Positions 27,892-37,075 of a stretch of 64,000 bases of DNA are shown piece by piece. Each line of letters opens with the position of its first letter. The stretch's first letter is position 1. The position numbers and the translations under genes were made by a program. The notes under the pieces were generated by a model. It saw only the letters and a program-made list of their open reading frames with translations, did no database searches and was not told where the DNA came from. The stretch is taken from the sequence record NC_048048.2; one strand, given 5' to 3'.

Positions 27892-28260
27892 ATGACCACC
27901 GAAGCCGCCATCCGCGCCAAGCCCTTCATTCTCACCAACGATGGTGGTGGCCAGATGCGCATCTGGGAGATCAAGGGCCTGCGCCCGCGCGGTGAACGCG
28001 AGCCGGGCGTCTACGAGATCGAAATCGCCGACACCGAGGAGAACAACTCCACGACGATCCGCAGCGACGACTTCGATACGATCTTCGCCACGGCGCCGAC
28101 GCTGGTCCAGGCGCAGATCGCCCGCCGTACGGCGCGGTTCGCCTGGGATAGCCACCAGCAGACGATCGCCGCGATCGAGATGGCGCTTCAAAACGCCAAG
28201 AACAACCAATGGATGGAAGTCAAAAGCGTCACTCGCCTCGTGGCCGAGGCGGTTATCTAG
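27892..28260 (+). CDS. hypothetical protein
   Basis: 122 aa, GAGGAG RBS. Confidence 0.7.
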   Translation: MTTEAAIRAKPFILTNDGGGQMRIWEIKGLRPRGEREPGVYEIEIADTEENNSTTIRSDDFDTIFATAPTLVQAQIARRTARFAWDSHQQTIAAIEMALQNAKNNQWMEVKSVTRLVAEAVI

Positions 28261-28262
28261 CC

Positions 28263-28634
28263 ATGACCGACCATCCGCTCGTCATCCGCCGCGATGCCAT
28301 CAAGAAGCTGCACGACGCCGTCGTGCCTCTGAAGGGCTTGGGCCGCCAGAGCTATCATCTGGGCGCCAACGCCCTGCGGATCGCCCTGGAGCGCGCCATG
28401 TCGACGGAAGACGACGGCAAGTGGCGCTACGAGGCCCTGGGCTTCGTGGAAGGCACCCGCCAAGCCCTGGAAGGCATGTCGGACAGCTACTGCGACATCG
28501 CTCGCGACCCGCTCTACGCCGCCCTCTCCCATGCGCGGGACCTCCTGCGCTGGGAGCAGCCCAAGCACTACGACGCCGTCATGGCCGAGATCGCCCCGAC
28601 CGTCAAAGCCCTGGAGGACCTCGCCCGTGGTTGA
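28263..28634 (+). CDS. hypothetical protein, tandem paralog A
   Basis: WRYEALGFVEGTRQAL. Confidence 0.7.
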   Translation: MTDHPLVIRRDAIKKLHDAVVPLKGLGRQSYHLGANALRIALERAMSTEDDGKWRYEALGFVEGTRQALEGMSDSYCDIARDPLYAALSHARDLLRWEQPKHYDAVMAEIAPTVKALEDLARG

Positions 28635-29013
28635 GTTCACCGCCGTCGACATCGACGATCGCCGCCAGCAGGTCCTGCGCGTCATCCGTGACGCCGTCCT
28701 GCGCCATCGCTCCGACAAGAAGCCCTGGACCCATCCGACCTTCGAGGCCATCCGCGACGCGGCCGACGCCGGCGCCAAGGATCGAATCTGGCGCATGGAG
28801 GCCGCCGGCTATGTCGATGGCACCCGCAACACCCTGCTGCGCCTGCGCAGCAGCTTCGTCCTGCCCCAGGGCCTGGACATGCAGCCCATGCTCGACGCCC
28901 TCATCCAGGTCTATCAGGTCCTAGAGGTCGAGGACCTCGCCGCCCTGAAACTGGAGGAGACCGGTGTCCACCGGGTCCTCGACGTTCTGGAAAGGACCCG
29001 CCCCCGTGACTGA
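28627..29013 (+). CDS. hypothetical protein, tandem paralog B
   Basis: WRMEAAGYVDGTRNTL. Confidence 0.7.
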   Translation: MVEFTAVDIDDRRQQVLRVIRDAVLRHRSDKKPWTHPTFEAIRDAADAGAKDRIWRMEAAGYVDGTRNTLLRLRSSFVLPQGLDMQPMLDALIQVYQVLEVEDLAALKLEETGVHRVLDVLERTRPRD

Positions 29014-29440
29014 TCCGATCCCCGATCGCCTGAGCCGCAACGCCCAAGACGGCGTCTGGCGCCTCTATGACTGCGAGCAGAACCGCCTGCTGACCGACGC
29101 CGATTTCGCCCATGCCGGCGTCACGGTCGCCGAGGTCGGCTGCGCGCTCGACTCGGGCAACTACAAGTTCCACAGTCTGGGCGAGCCGGGCGACTGGTCG
29201 CGACGCGATGTGATCCGCGCCGGCACCCTGGACTTCCCGGTGCGCGGCGTGACGATCGAACTGGCCGCCATCCGCACCTGGATGGACACCGAATGGGTGA
29301 AGCGCGAGGCGGACAAAGCGGCTGCGGAGTTCGTCGACGCGATCAAGGCCCAGATCGCTGCCGCCGCCATCACGCAGGAAGACATCACCCTGCACCTCAA
29401 TCCTGCCCAGCAGCAGATGCTGAAGGAGTACCTGAAGTGA
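29006..29440 (+). CDS. hypothetical protein
   Basis: GTG start after AAAGGA. Confidence 0.7.
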   Translation: MTDPIPDRLSRNAQDGVWRLYDCEQNRLLTDADFAHAGVTVAEVGCALDSGNYKFHSLGEPGDWSRRDVIRAGTLDFPVRGVTIELAAIRTWMDTEWVKREADKAAAEFVDAIKAQIAAAAITQEDITLHLNPAQQQMLKEYLK

Positions 29441-29802
29441 CCGACATCCACGCCTTCTCCAACGCCATCTACGAAACGCGCGACACCATGCGCGGCGTGG
29501 CGGGCGGTCTGGATCACCTCGCCAGCGCCTTCCTGACGACCGGCAACGCCAAGGTCGCCCAGGAACTCTATGACCTGTGCGAGGCCCTGGACAAGCAGGT
29601 CGACCGCCTGATGTCGGCCTACAGCCAGAAGGTCACCGACGACGTGCGCGCCTCCGAGCAGGCGACCGCGACCATGCTGCTGGGCATCGCCGGCGGCATG
29701 AAGGTCGCCGGCGGCCTCTCCCAAGAGGGCGAGGGCGTCATGCTCGCCCTGGCCGAATCCGTCTCACCGGGCGTCACCATTCCGATCCGCGAGGCCGTCT
29801 AG
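29437..29802 (+). CDS. hypothetical protein
   Basis: GTGA coupling. Confidence 0.7.
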   Translation: MTDIHAFSNAIYETRDTMRGVAGGLDHLASAFLTTGNAKVAQELYDLCEALDKQVDRLMSAYSQKVTDDVRASEQATATMLLGIAGGMKVAGGLSQEGEGVMLALAESVSPGVTIPIREAV

Positions 29803-29804
29803 CC

Positions 29805-30221
29805 TTGAACGACACCACCAATCCGTCGATGCTCCGGGCGGGCCAGATCAAGGCGATCTCGACCAGCCTGGATAAGTTCGTCGCCCGCTTCGACACGCCG
29901 ACCAAGCGCCGGGTGATGCCGTTCTATCTCCAGCCGGCGGCCGAGTTGATCCGAGAATCCCTCTCGGCTGCGCGCGCCGACAGTCTCCTGGCCCGTAAGG
30001 ACGTGGGCCTGCGGCTGGTCGGCGCCCGCACGCTGATGGCCTCGCATCCCAAAGACTCGGTCGCCATCGTGGTCACCCAGGCCCTGGATCACGCCTCCTA
30101 CGTGATGATGGCCGAGAGCGCCAATCGCCTGAAGGAGCGCTGGGACCCCATCAACGCCCTCGTCGCCAAGGTGGCGGCGATCAAGATCGACCCGCCGGCC
30201 TCGACGCCCGTCAAGGCCTAG
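29805..30221 (+). CDS. hypothetical protein
   Basis: TTG start after upstream stop. Confidence 0.65.
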   Translation: MNDTTNPSMLRAGQIKAISTSLDKFVARFDTPTKRRVMPFYLQPAAELIRESLSAARADSLLARKDVGLRLVGARTLMASHPKDSVAIVVTQALDHASYVMMAESANRLKERWDPINALVAKVAAIKIDPPASTPVKA

Positions 30222-30236
30222 CCGAAGGAGCTATCC

Positions 30237-30473
30237 ATGAGCCAGTCTACGACTCCGACCCATCGCCTCCAGATCACCGTACGGGGCTACCTGATGTTCG
30301 AGGTCTTCGGGTCCTCGCCCGACGATGTCATGGCCCAGTTCGCCGAGGCGGTCCGCCGCAAGGCCAAGATCGGCGGCTGGAGCGATCAGGCCCAGCACGA
30401 GATCGACTCCATCAAGCCCGAATGGATCGAGACCATCAGCCACGGCGTCACCATCGACGGCGAGCCGTTCTGA
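30237..30473 (+). CDS. hypothetical protein
   Basis: 78 aa, AAGGAG RBS. Confidence 0.7.
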   Translation: MSQSTTPTHRLQITVRGYLMFEVFGSSPDDVMAQFAEAVRRKAKIGGWSDQAQHEIDSIKPEWIETISHGVTIDGEPF

Positions 30474-30480
30474 TCCTACG

Positions 30481-30527
30481 AGAAAGCTGTTGACAGGCCT
30501 CTTGCCGCCCCTTAGAAGGGGTTCAAC
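30481..30527 (+). promoter_or_regulatory. class A promoter within stem-loop
   Basis: AGAAAGCTGTTGACA-N17-TAGAAG; GTTGA/TCAAC outer arms. Confidence 0.8.
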
Positions 30528-30541
30528 GAAAGGAGGCCCTC

Positions 30542-30787
30542 ATGGCTGGTTTTCACGTCATCTGCCGCCGCGAAGGCCGCGAGCGCGATCATTCCGATTT
30601 CCCGACCCTGGCCCAGGCCAAGTCGCGGGCGCTGCGCTACGCTGAGCGTGAGGCGATGATCGCCGGCATCTACCATGAGCCGGCCTTCCAGGACATCAAG
30701 GCGCAGATCGAGGCGTTCAAGCCCGGCTGCTTCAAGGGCGTCCAGGTCGGCGAGGTCTCGGTCGTTCGCATCGAGGATCGCTCGTGA
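30542..30787 (+). CDS. hypothetical protein
   Basis: 81 aa, AGGAGG RBS. Confidence 0.7.
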   Translation: MAGFHVICRREGRERDHSDFPTLAQAKSRALRYAEREAMIAGIYHEPAFQDIKAQIEAFKPGCFKGVQVGEVSVVRIEDRS

Positions 30788-31077
30788 GGGCGTTCATCTG
30801 GCAGGGCGGTGATGTCCTGCGCAACTATCGCAGCGGCCTTGTCGTTGTCCTGGCGCCGGATGAGCCGGCAGCCTGGGAGAAGCTGCGCCAGCAAAACCTC
30901 GCCGCCTTCGTCCAGCTTCTGACCGGCCACAAGTTCAGTCTCGATGAGCCGGGCGACCTCGACTTCTACTGGGGCGACCTGGACGAAGACGAGAAGGTCA
31001 AGCCCGGCTATCCGATCTTGCCTCAGGTCTACGACGTCGGCGCCGCACCTGTGGCGGTCTGCTGGGGAGGCGATTGA
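30784..31077 (+). CDS. hypothetical protein
   Basis: 97 aa, coupled. Confidence 0.7.
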   Translation: MRAFIWQGGDVLRNYRSGLVVVLAPDEPAAWEKLRQQNLAAFVQLLTGHKFSLDEPGDLDFYWGDLDEDEKVKPGYPILPQVYDVGAAPVAVCWGGD

Positions 31078-31448
31078 TGGCCATTCCGACCTACACGATC
31101 GAGCGGGACATCGACGACACCCATCAGCGGGAGTTGATGTCCCTGGCCTACGAGTGGTTCGACAACGCCACGGGCAAGGCCATGTTCAAGTTCGCCTGCG
31201 GGCAGCCGTGCGATGGCCGAAAGCTGCTCGCCGAGGCCAAGATCGCCTATGCCCAGGCCCAGGTGACCAGCCATGCGGACCTGCCGCGCCTGAAGGCCCT
31301 GATCGACTACGCCGCCGCGCAGGTGGCCTATGCCCGTCTGCGCATCAAGACCCGTGTGCTTCTGATCGAGGCGGCCAAAGCCGGCGTCGACAAGTACGAT
31401 GTGAGAACCTGGATGGAGGAAGCCTATGCTGACCAACCGCGTGCCTGA
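31077..31448 (+). CDS. hypothetical protein
   Basis: TGATG start MAIPTY. Confidence 0.7.
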   Translation: MAIPTYTIERDIDDTHQRELMSLAYEWFDNATGKAMFKFACGQPCDGRKLLAEAKIAYAQAQVTSHADLPRLKALIDYAAAQVAYARLRIKTRVLLIEAAKAGVDKYDVRTWMEEAYADQPRA

Positions 31449-31689
31449 CTTCATGCTCGATCCAGTGACCGGCGTGGGGCCGACCATCAAGCAGCGTATG
31501 GCCGAGCGCCTGCGCATCCGCCAGGACCTCGAACGGGAACACCCCGGATGGAAGGTTCAGAGCACTGTCGAATCGCGCTCGGGCGGGATCGAGGCCGTCA
31601 TGTTCAAGGACGGCGAGACCTTCCCCAAGCGCGTTCACTGGGACCGAGCGGCCTATCTGGGCCGCCAGTTCCTGCTGCCCTTCAACTAG
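31426..31689 (+). CDS. hypothetical protein
   Basis: 87 aa, GGAGG RBS. Confidence 0.65.
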   Translation: MLTNRVPDFMLDPVTGVGPTIKQRMAERLRIRQDLEREHPGWKVQSTVESRSGGIEAVMFKDGETFPKRVHWDRAAYLGRQFLLPFN

Positions 31690-31698
31690 GAGCCCCCG

Positions 31699-31938
31699 AT
31701 GGGCGTTAAATCCACCGTCCGCCTCTCACGCCAGGAAGCCGAAGAACGCTATGTGCGTTTGAAGCTCGAAGACCAAGCCCTGGCTCGGTCCTTTCGCGCC
31801 GAGGCGGTCATGATGACCGACACGCAACTCGAAGATGTGCTGGAACGACTGAACGATGATCGCTACCGAGACGAATACGGCTCCAGCAGCGGCTACGACA
31901 ACTACCTCATCACAAAATACCCCCACGCCGAGGACTAA
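31699..31938 (+). CDS. hypothetical protein
   Basis: 79 aa, AGGAG RBS. Confidence 0.65.
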   Translation: MGVKSTVRLSRQEAEERYVRLKLEDQALARSFRAEAVMMTDTQLEDVLERLNDDRYRDEYGSSSGYDNYLITKYPHAED

Positions 31939-31990
31939 GTTCGTCCTGATGCTGGGACAGCCACGTCAGGCGCTCTGGCGGCGGGCTGCA

Positions 31991-32041
31991 AGAAAACTGT
32001 TGACACGCCTGCTCTAGGTCGCCTAGAACGGGCGTGTCAAC
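31991..32041 (+). promoter_or_regulatory. class A promoter within near-perfect 43-nt stem-loop
   Basis: GTTGACACGCC/GGCGTGTCAAC plus inner TCTAGG/CCTAGA. Confidence 0.85.
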
Positions 32042-32058
32042 GAAAGAGGAGACACCCC

Positions 32059-32916
32059 GTGGCCCAGGCCGAGAACGTGAGCGTCGTGCTCATCATCTAC
32101 AAGCTCTACGAGACCGACAGCGCCATCGCCGTCAACGCCGGTGAGCTTCAGATGCAGCGGGACAACCCACGCGGCCTCGCCTACCTGCCCAAGAGCCAGA
32201 TCATCATCGGCAATACGCTGGCCTCCCATGAAGGCAAGGTGCGTTCCAGGGGCGTGCCGGCCAAGGTCGCCGAGCGTCTTGGCATTTCCAAGACCGGCTA
32301 TTACGCCGTCTCGGGAGGCGAGGCAGTCATCTCGCGTGTCGAGTGGTGCCCGGTTACCATGCCCAAGTGGCTGGCGGACAAGAACGGCTGGACCCATCAG
32401 TCGCCAGAGGACATGGTCGCGGTCTGCAAGACTTGGGCCTACACCGACATCACCGTTCAGCAGGCCCTGGACGCGATCGCCTCGCCGGGCGATCTGGCCC
32501 TGGCCCGCAAGGCCGAACGTGACGCTGCCGATCCGGTCCAGAGCCGTCTGGCCTCCTCGCTGAACTTCCTGATGAACATGAAGGAGGAACCTAAGGTCGC
32601 CTGGGAAGCCACGGAGAGCGGCTACTACTGGATCGCGCTCAACGACCACATCGATTTCTATCCCGAGGGCCGGCCGCGCCCATTCCTGGTCAAGGTCGAG
32701 GTGGATGAAGCCTACGCCATGGTCACCGAAGTGAACGGCGCCTTCCATTTCGAATTCGACATGAAGGTCAAGGATCGTCCTCGCAACCAATACAAGATCG
32801 CGTTCATGGGCAACGTCGCCGGCATCCCGACGACCAATTGGGAATGGCTGGGCGTGACCTGGATCAACGAGGTCCATCCGCCGGCCATGCCCAAGGAGAT
32901 CGCCCTGTGCGAGTGA
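32059..32916 (+). CDS. hypothetical protein
   Basis: 285 aa, GAGGAG RBS. Confidence 0.75.
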   Translation: MAQAENVSVVLIIYKLYETDSAIAVNAGELQMQRDNPRGLAYLPKSQIIIGNTLASHEGKVRSRGVPAKVAERLGISKTGYYAVSGGEAVISRVEWCPVTMPKWLADKNGWTHQSPEDMVAVCKTWAYTDITVQQALDAIASPGDLALARKAERDAADPVQSRLASSLNFLMNMKEEPKVAWEATESGYYWIALNDHIDFYPEGRPRPFLVKVEVDEAYAMVTEVNGAFHFEFDMKVKDRPRNQYKIAFMGNVAGIPTTNWEWLGVTWINEVHPPAMPKEIALCE

Positions 32917-33170
32917 ACCAGCGCAAACCGTCAATCCTGCGCTGGGTTGAAGACCGTAGCGGCGCCATGGGGTATCTCGGCGACATCTACGTCGCCCACG
33001 TCGCCGACTACGGGACGGGCAAGCGCTATTGGCGTACCGAGTTCGCTGCGCCGGGCTTCAATAGGTCGGGCAAGGGCATCGGCGAGGCCTACTGCCGCCG
33101 CCAAGCCGAAAAAGCGATTCAGAACTGGCTGAACGCGGCCGGTCTTGCCATCAAGCCGGCGGTAGAGTAA
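32913..33170 (+). CDS. hypothetical protein
   Basis: GTGA coupling. Confidence 0.65.
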   Translation: MNQRKPSILRWVEDRSGAMGYLGDIYVAHVADYGTGKRYWRTEFAAPGFNRSGKGIGEAYCRRQAEKAIQNWLNAAGLAIKPAVE

Positions 33171-33223
33171 GCCAGAACGTCACCACGAAAGGGGCAGCGT
33201 CACACGCTGCGCAGATACCCGCT

Positions 33224-33460
33224 ATGCCGCATGTCGTCACCGTCGAGGAAGCTATGGCGATCCTCGCCACGATGCCCAAGAAGGCCGTCCTGGTGATCGG
33301 TGGCGAGTGCGTCGCCGGACTGACCTTGCAACGCGGACGGGTCCGTGATGGGTACTACAATCAGCACTTCAAGCCGCACGAGGATGGGCGCATCCAGGCC
33401 GTTCGCTTCACGACCGTCACCGAACTCTCCACCGGCGAAGTCACCGAGGTGCCCCTGTGA
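33224..33460 (+). CDS. hypothetical protein
   Basis: 78 aa. Confidence 0.65.
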   Translation: MPHVVTVEEAMAILATMPKKAVLVIGGECVAGLTLQRGRVRDGYYNQHFKPHEDGRIQAVRFTTVTELSTGEVTEVPL

Positions 33461-34098
33461 TCGGCGCGCTTGATCTGCTGCTACGCAAAGCCGGCGCCGT
33501 GCGCTTCTCGGTCAACGAGAACCGCAGCTTCTATGAGACAGCCGCGATCGACTTCCATAAGCACATGATGCTGCCGGAAGAATGGTCGAACACGATCGAG
33601 AAGACCATGGTCGAAACCCTGGGCGCCCAGAAGGATTCGCCCATCACGACGACCAAGATTTTCCTGCGCGACGAGGTTCAGGGCAAGGAGCGCGCCTTCA
33701 CCGCCGGCGTCAATCCCGCGCTCGTGATCGCCAGGGCTCTTGACCGCTGGCGTATCGAATCAGGCTGCCTCGATCCGATCACCGACTTCTCGGCCGACGA
33801 GACGCTGGAGTTGGAGCAGGCGATGATCTACCTGACGGTCGAGTCCGTCTCCTGGTACATCGACGGCAACGAGCATCTGCGAGACGGTGCGCGGACCTAC
33901 GCCGAGATCGTTCGGGACTACCCGGTCTCGTTTCCAACCTGGGTCGGAGCGCCCGTCGCCGACGACTACGCCGGCGACATCGTGATCCTGACCATCTATC
34001 CCGACACGCCGATCGGCTCCTATCGGATGGCGGCGGCGACGCTGCCCGAAGTCCTCCGGGCCGCCAACACCTTGATGAGAGACCTGCGCGGACAATGA
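33457..34098 (+). CDS. hypothetical protein
   Basis: 213 aa, coupled. Confidence 0.7.
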   Translation: MIGALDLLLRKAGAVRFSVNENRSFYETAAIDFHKHMMLPEEWSNTIEKTMVETLGAQKDSPITTTKIFLRDEVQGKERAFTAGVNPALVIARALDRWRIESGCLDPITDFSADETLELEQAMIYLTVESVSWYIDGNEHLRDGARTYAEIVRDYPVSFPTWVGAPVADDYAGDIVILTIYPDTPIGSYRMAAATLPEVLRAANTLMRDLRGQ

Positions 34099-34943
34099 GC
34101 CTCTTCGAAACCAAGGACGCATTTGGCGACCGCATGAAGGCCTATGAGAAGGTCGAGACCGGCCGCCGGTTCATGCCCGGCCTGCCGCTCTATGTCCGCC
34201 TGGATGGTCGCGGGTTTTCGCGCTTCACCAAGGGCATGGACAAGCCCTTCGACACCCGCATGACCGAGGCGATGGCCGAGACCACCCGCACCCTGGTCGC
34301 CAAGACTCACGCCTCCCTGGGCTACTGCCAGTCCGACGAGATCAGCTTGGTCTTCATGCCCAAGGACCAGATCAACGACTACTTCTTCGCCGGCAAGGTG
34401 CAGAAGATCGTTTCGGTCCTGGCCGGCCTGTGCTCGACGGTCTTCTACCGCGAGTTCGCCGTGCAATGCGAAGACCACGTCGCCAAACGTGGCGTCGAAC
34501 ATGCCGACCAGTTTCTGAAGCGGCTGCCGCATTTCGACGCGCGCGCCTTCCAGGTGCCGGTCCTCTACGAGGTCGCCAACGCTGTTCTCTGGCGCGTCAA
34601 GGACGCCGAACGCAACGCCGTGCAGATGGCGGCCCAGGCGGCCTATTCGCAGCGTGACCTTCACAAGCAATCGACCCGCAAGCTGCGCGAGATGATCGCC
34701 GAGGCCGGCATCGACTTCGAGGCCTATCCCAGGGCGGTGAAGTCAGGACGCTTCTATGCGCGCGTCACCGAGGAGCGGCAGACGCCCCCGGACATCCTGG
34801 CCAAGATGAAGGAGAAGGACCGCGCCAAGAACGCGACCATCACCCGCAGCGAGGTCCAGGAAATCATCCCCGAAGGGCCGATCACCTACCAGACGATCGC
34901 CGACCTCCTGAAGTTCGACCAGCCGCCGGCGGTGGCCCCGTGA
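34095..34943 (+). CDS. thg1: tRNA-His guanylyltransferase Thg1-like protein (3'-5' polymerase)
   Basis: DRMKAYE, VRLDGRGFSRFT, KPFD, YCQSDEISL, FDARAF, WRVKDAERN. Confidence 0.92.
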   Translation: MSLFETKDAFGDRMKAYEKVETGRRFMPGLPLYVRLDGRGFSRFTKGMDKPFDTRMTEAMAETTRTLVAKTHASLGYCQSDEISLVFMPKDQINDYFFAGKVQKIVSVLAGLCSTVFYREFAVQCEDHVAKRGVEHADQFLKRLPHFDARAFQVPVLYEVANAVLWRVKDAERNAVQMAAQAAYSQRDLHKQSTRKLREMIAEAGIDFEAYPRAVKSGRFYARVTEERQTPPDILAKMKEKDRAKNATITRSEVQEIIPEGPITYQTIADLLKFDQPPAVAP

Positions 34944-35200
34944 GCCGTGTCGTTGTCCACGAGCGCAACGACCGCTCGATCTTCTACATGGTCGCCCTTG
35001 ATGGTGCCGGCCCGCCCACGCGTCTGCATGCCGACCCCGACAAGGCCCTCAAGGAGGCCAAGCGTCTGGTCAAGCACTTCAAGCGCCCCGCCCGCATCCT
35101 GATGCAGATCGGCATGGTCTTTCCGAGCGCCCATCAGGACGCGGTCATCGTCGCCAACTTCACCGTGGGCCAGTGGTACACCGAGCATGATGACACCTGA
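34940..35200 (+). CDS. hypothetical protein
   Basis: 86 aa, GTGA coupling. Confidence 0.65.
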   Translation: MSRVVVHERNDRSIFYMVALDGAGPPTRLHADPDKALKEAKRLVKHFKRPARILMQIGMVFPSAHQDAVIVANFTVGQWYTEHDDT

Positions 35201-35798
35201 CGAATTCGCCGTCGCCTATCCAGGCTGGAAAATGGTGCTGTCCTTCCCCCATCCGCCTATCGATCTGGGCCTGCACGGCAAGGCGCCAGATCAGGTGCGG
35301 GGGTGGCTTGTCTCACGCCACTATTGCTGCACGCTCCAGCGCCTGAACCCCACGCAGGTCAAGAAGAAGCCCGACGAGCGGGATGACGTCCTGGAAGGGG
35401 TGGGCGGGGAGAGCTTGACCAGCATGCAGGAGGCCTACGACGAGGCCATCCGCCAATTCACCCACTGGCGCCGCGACAAGCTCGACTTCTATCGCTGGCG
35501 CTATGCCAAGCACCTGCTCGAACGAGCCCTTCCAGGCGTGCGTGAACGGCTAAAGCAGCCCCGCTGGTTCCGGCATAGCTGGCAGGACGAATACCCCGAC
35601 CAGAAGCCGCCCAAGAACCTTGACGGCGCTCGGGAGTCGCTATGGTTTCCCGAGCGGTTCATCAACGAGACCTATGAGGCCGCCTGGGGCGACGGCGAGA
35701 CCGTCCTGACCGTCGTGGCCGCCCGTTTCGGATGGACGCGAGGGCAGGCCTATCAGGCAACCGAGGACTGGTTCCGCGATCCGGTGAACTACAACTGA
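35187..35798 (+). CDS. hypothetical protein
   Basis: 203 aa. Confidence 0.7.
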   Translation: MMTPDEFAVAYPGWKMVLSFPHPPIDLGLHGKAPDQVRGWLVSRHYCCTLQRLNPTQVKKKPDERDDVLEGVGGESLTSMQEAYDEAIRQFTHWRRDKLDFYRWRYAKHLLERALPGVRERLKQPRWFRHSWQDEYPDQKPPKNLDGARESLWFPERFINETYEAAWGDGETVLTVVAARFGWTRGQAYQATEDWFRDPVNYN

Positions 35799-36400
35799 TG
35801 CCGCTCTACTTCAGCACCTACAAGTTTAAGTCGACCAAATATCCGGGTCGGTGGGCCGAAGCCGCGACGCAGTTCTATGCGCGCAACTATGGTCATGCCC
35901 TGCAAACCCTGAAGATGCGCAACCTTGATGAGCACGTCTGCCGGCCGCCGCTGGCTCGGCCCGGTATTGTCACGGGCGTTGAAGGTCCACCGGAGATGCC
36001 CTCGGATTTGCTGCGGCAAGGACGGCTGGCTGAAGCCATGCACGCGGCGATCTACATGGGTTTCTTGGCGCACGCCTGTGAGGCTACGGAAGGCTACGAT
36101 CTCCTTCATGACATAGGCGTCCTGCATGAGGTTGGGCATCTGCTCCTGTTCGACGCCTGGGAAAAAGCAGGGTCTCTGCGAAACCACTACAAGGCCACCG
36201 GACGGGACAAGGAGATCATTGCCGAAGTCGAAGCCCTAGAACGCCGCATCCCAGGCTTTCACCCTTCCTGGTCAGGCGTGGAAGAACATCCTGCGGTCCC
36301 CTTCCCGCAGCGTCTCGCCTGGGCCAGGGATCGCATCGCTGAGCCGGACTGGTACGCCCAAGACATCCCCGAGGACGCGCCTAGGGTCTTCTTCGGATAG
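35798..36400 (+). CDS. HExxH-motif family protein, paralog 3
   Basis: LLHDIGVLHEVGHLL...RIPGF; TGATG start. Confidence 0.75.
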   Translation: MPLYFSTYKFKSTKYPGRWAEAATQFYARNYGHALQTLKMRNLDEHVCRPPLARPGIVTGVEGPPEMPSDLLRQGRLAEAMHAAIYMGFLAHACEATEGYDLLHDIGVLHEVGHLLLFDAWEKAGSLRNHYKATGRDKEIIAEVEALERRIPGFHPSWSGVEEHPAVPFPQRLAWARDRIAEPDWYAQDIPEDAPRVFFG

Positions 36401-36406
36401 CCTGCA

Positions 36407-36455
36407 AGATAACTGTTGACACCTTAGTCGGCGCCGACTACCCATGACGCAACAG
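36407..36455 (+). promoter_or_regulatory. class A promoter within stem-loop, heading the NAD operon
   Basis: AGATAACTGTTGACA; CTGTTG/CAACAG arms; inner palindrome TAGTCGGCGCCGACTA. Confidence 0.8.
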
Positions 36456-36475
36456 CTTTCACCAGGGGAGTCCAC

Positions 36476-37075
36476 GTGACCTACGAATCCAAACTGAACC
36501 CGCCGGGCTTCGTCACCGAGGAGGGCGGTTTCCGCGACTACCTCCACGTCTGGATCAAGGGTGACGCCGACACCGAATTGGCCCTGGGCGTCAGCCTGGG
36601 CACGGACGAGGCCGACGAGCCGCCCTGCCTGCGCGAAGCCATCGCGGTGATCTCCGCCTTCGCGGCCGGCGTGATCATGAAGCAGCCGGGCTTTGCCTCC
36701 ATGAACGAGGAGCAGCGCGAATACGCTGTCCAGGGCGGCGTCTCCCAGCTTCTGATGGCGGCGATCCAATCGGCTGCTCCGACCTTCAGCCCCCACCCGC
36801 ACCTACTGCCGCCGCCAGAGCCGATCGAGGACGACCCCGATGCGGTCCAGGCCGTGGGTATCTGGGCCACACCCGGCGCCGAGGGCGGCTTCTACGCCGC
36901 GTTCGTCGACCATCCCGACACGATGCCGGTAGGCGCCATTCTGGCCGCCGCCGCGCTGGAAGCCGCCGCCGAAGGTTCGGACGAGGACGCCTACGACACC
37001 GCCCTGGTGCGTGCCGTCCAGGCCGACTTCAACAAGACGATCGACACCGCGCTGATGGTGGGCACCGTCCAGTGA
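36476..37075 (+). CDS. acidic hypothetical protein
   Basis: 199 aa, GGGGAG RBS. Confidence 0.7.
   Translation: MTYESKLNPPGFVTEEGGFRDYLHVWIKGDADTELALGVSLGTDEADEPPCLREAIAVISAFAAGVIMKQPGFASMNEEQREYAVQGGVSQLLMAAIQSAAPTFSPHPHLLPPPEPIEDDPDAVQAVGIWATPGAEGGFYAAFVDHPDTMPVGAILAAAALEAAAEGSDEDAYDTALVRAVQADFNKTIDTALMVGTVQ

Noticed and set aside
33195-33211. GCAGCGT-CAC-ACGCTGC hairpin as terminator
   Set aside because: Short stem, no U-tract; function unsupported
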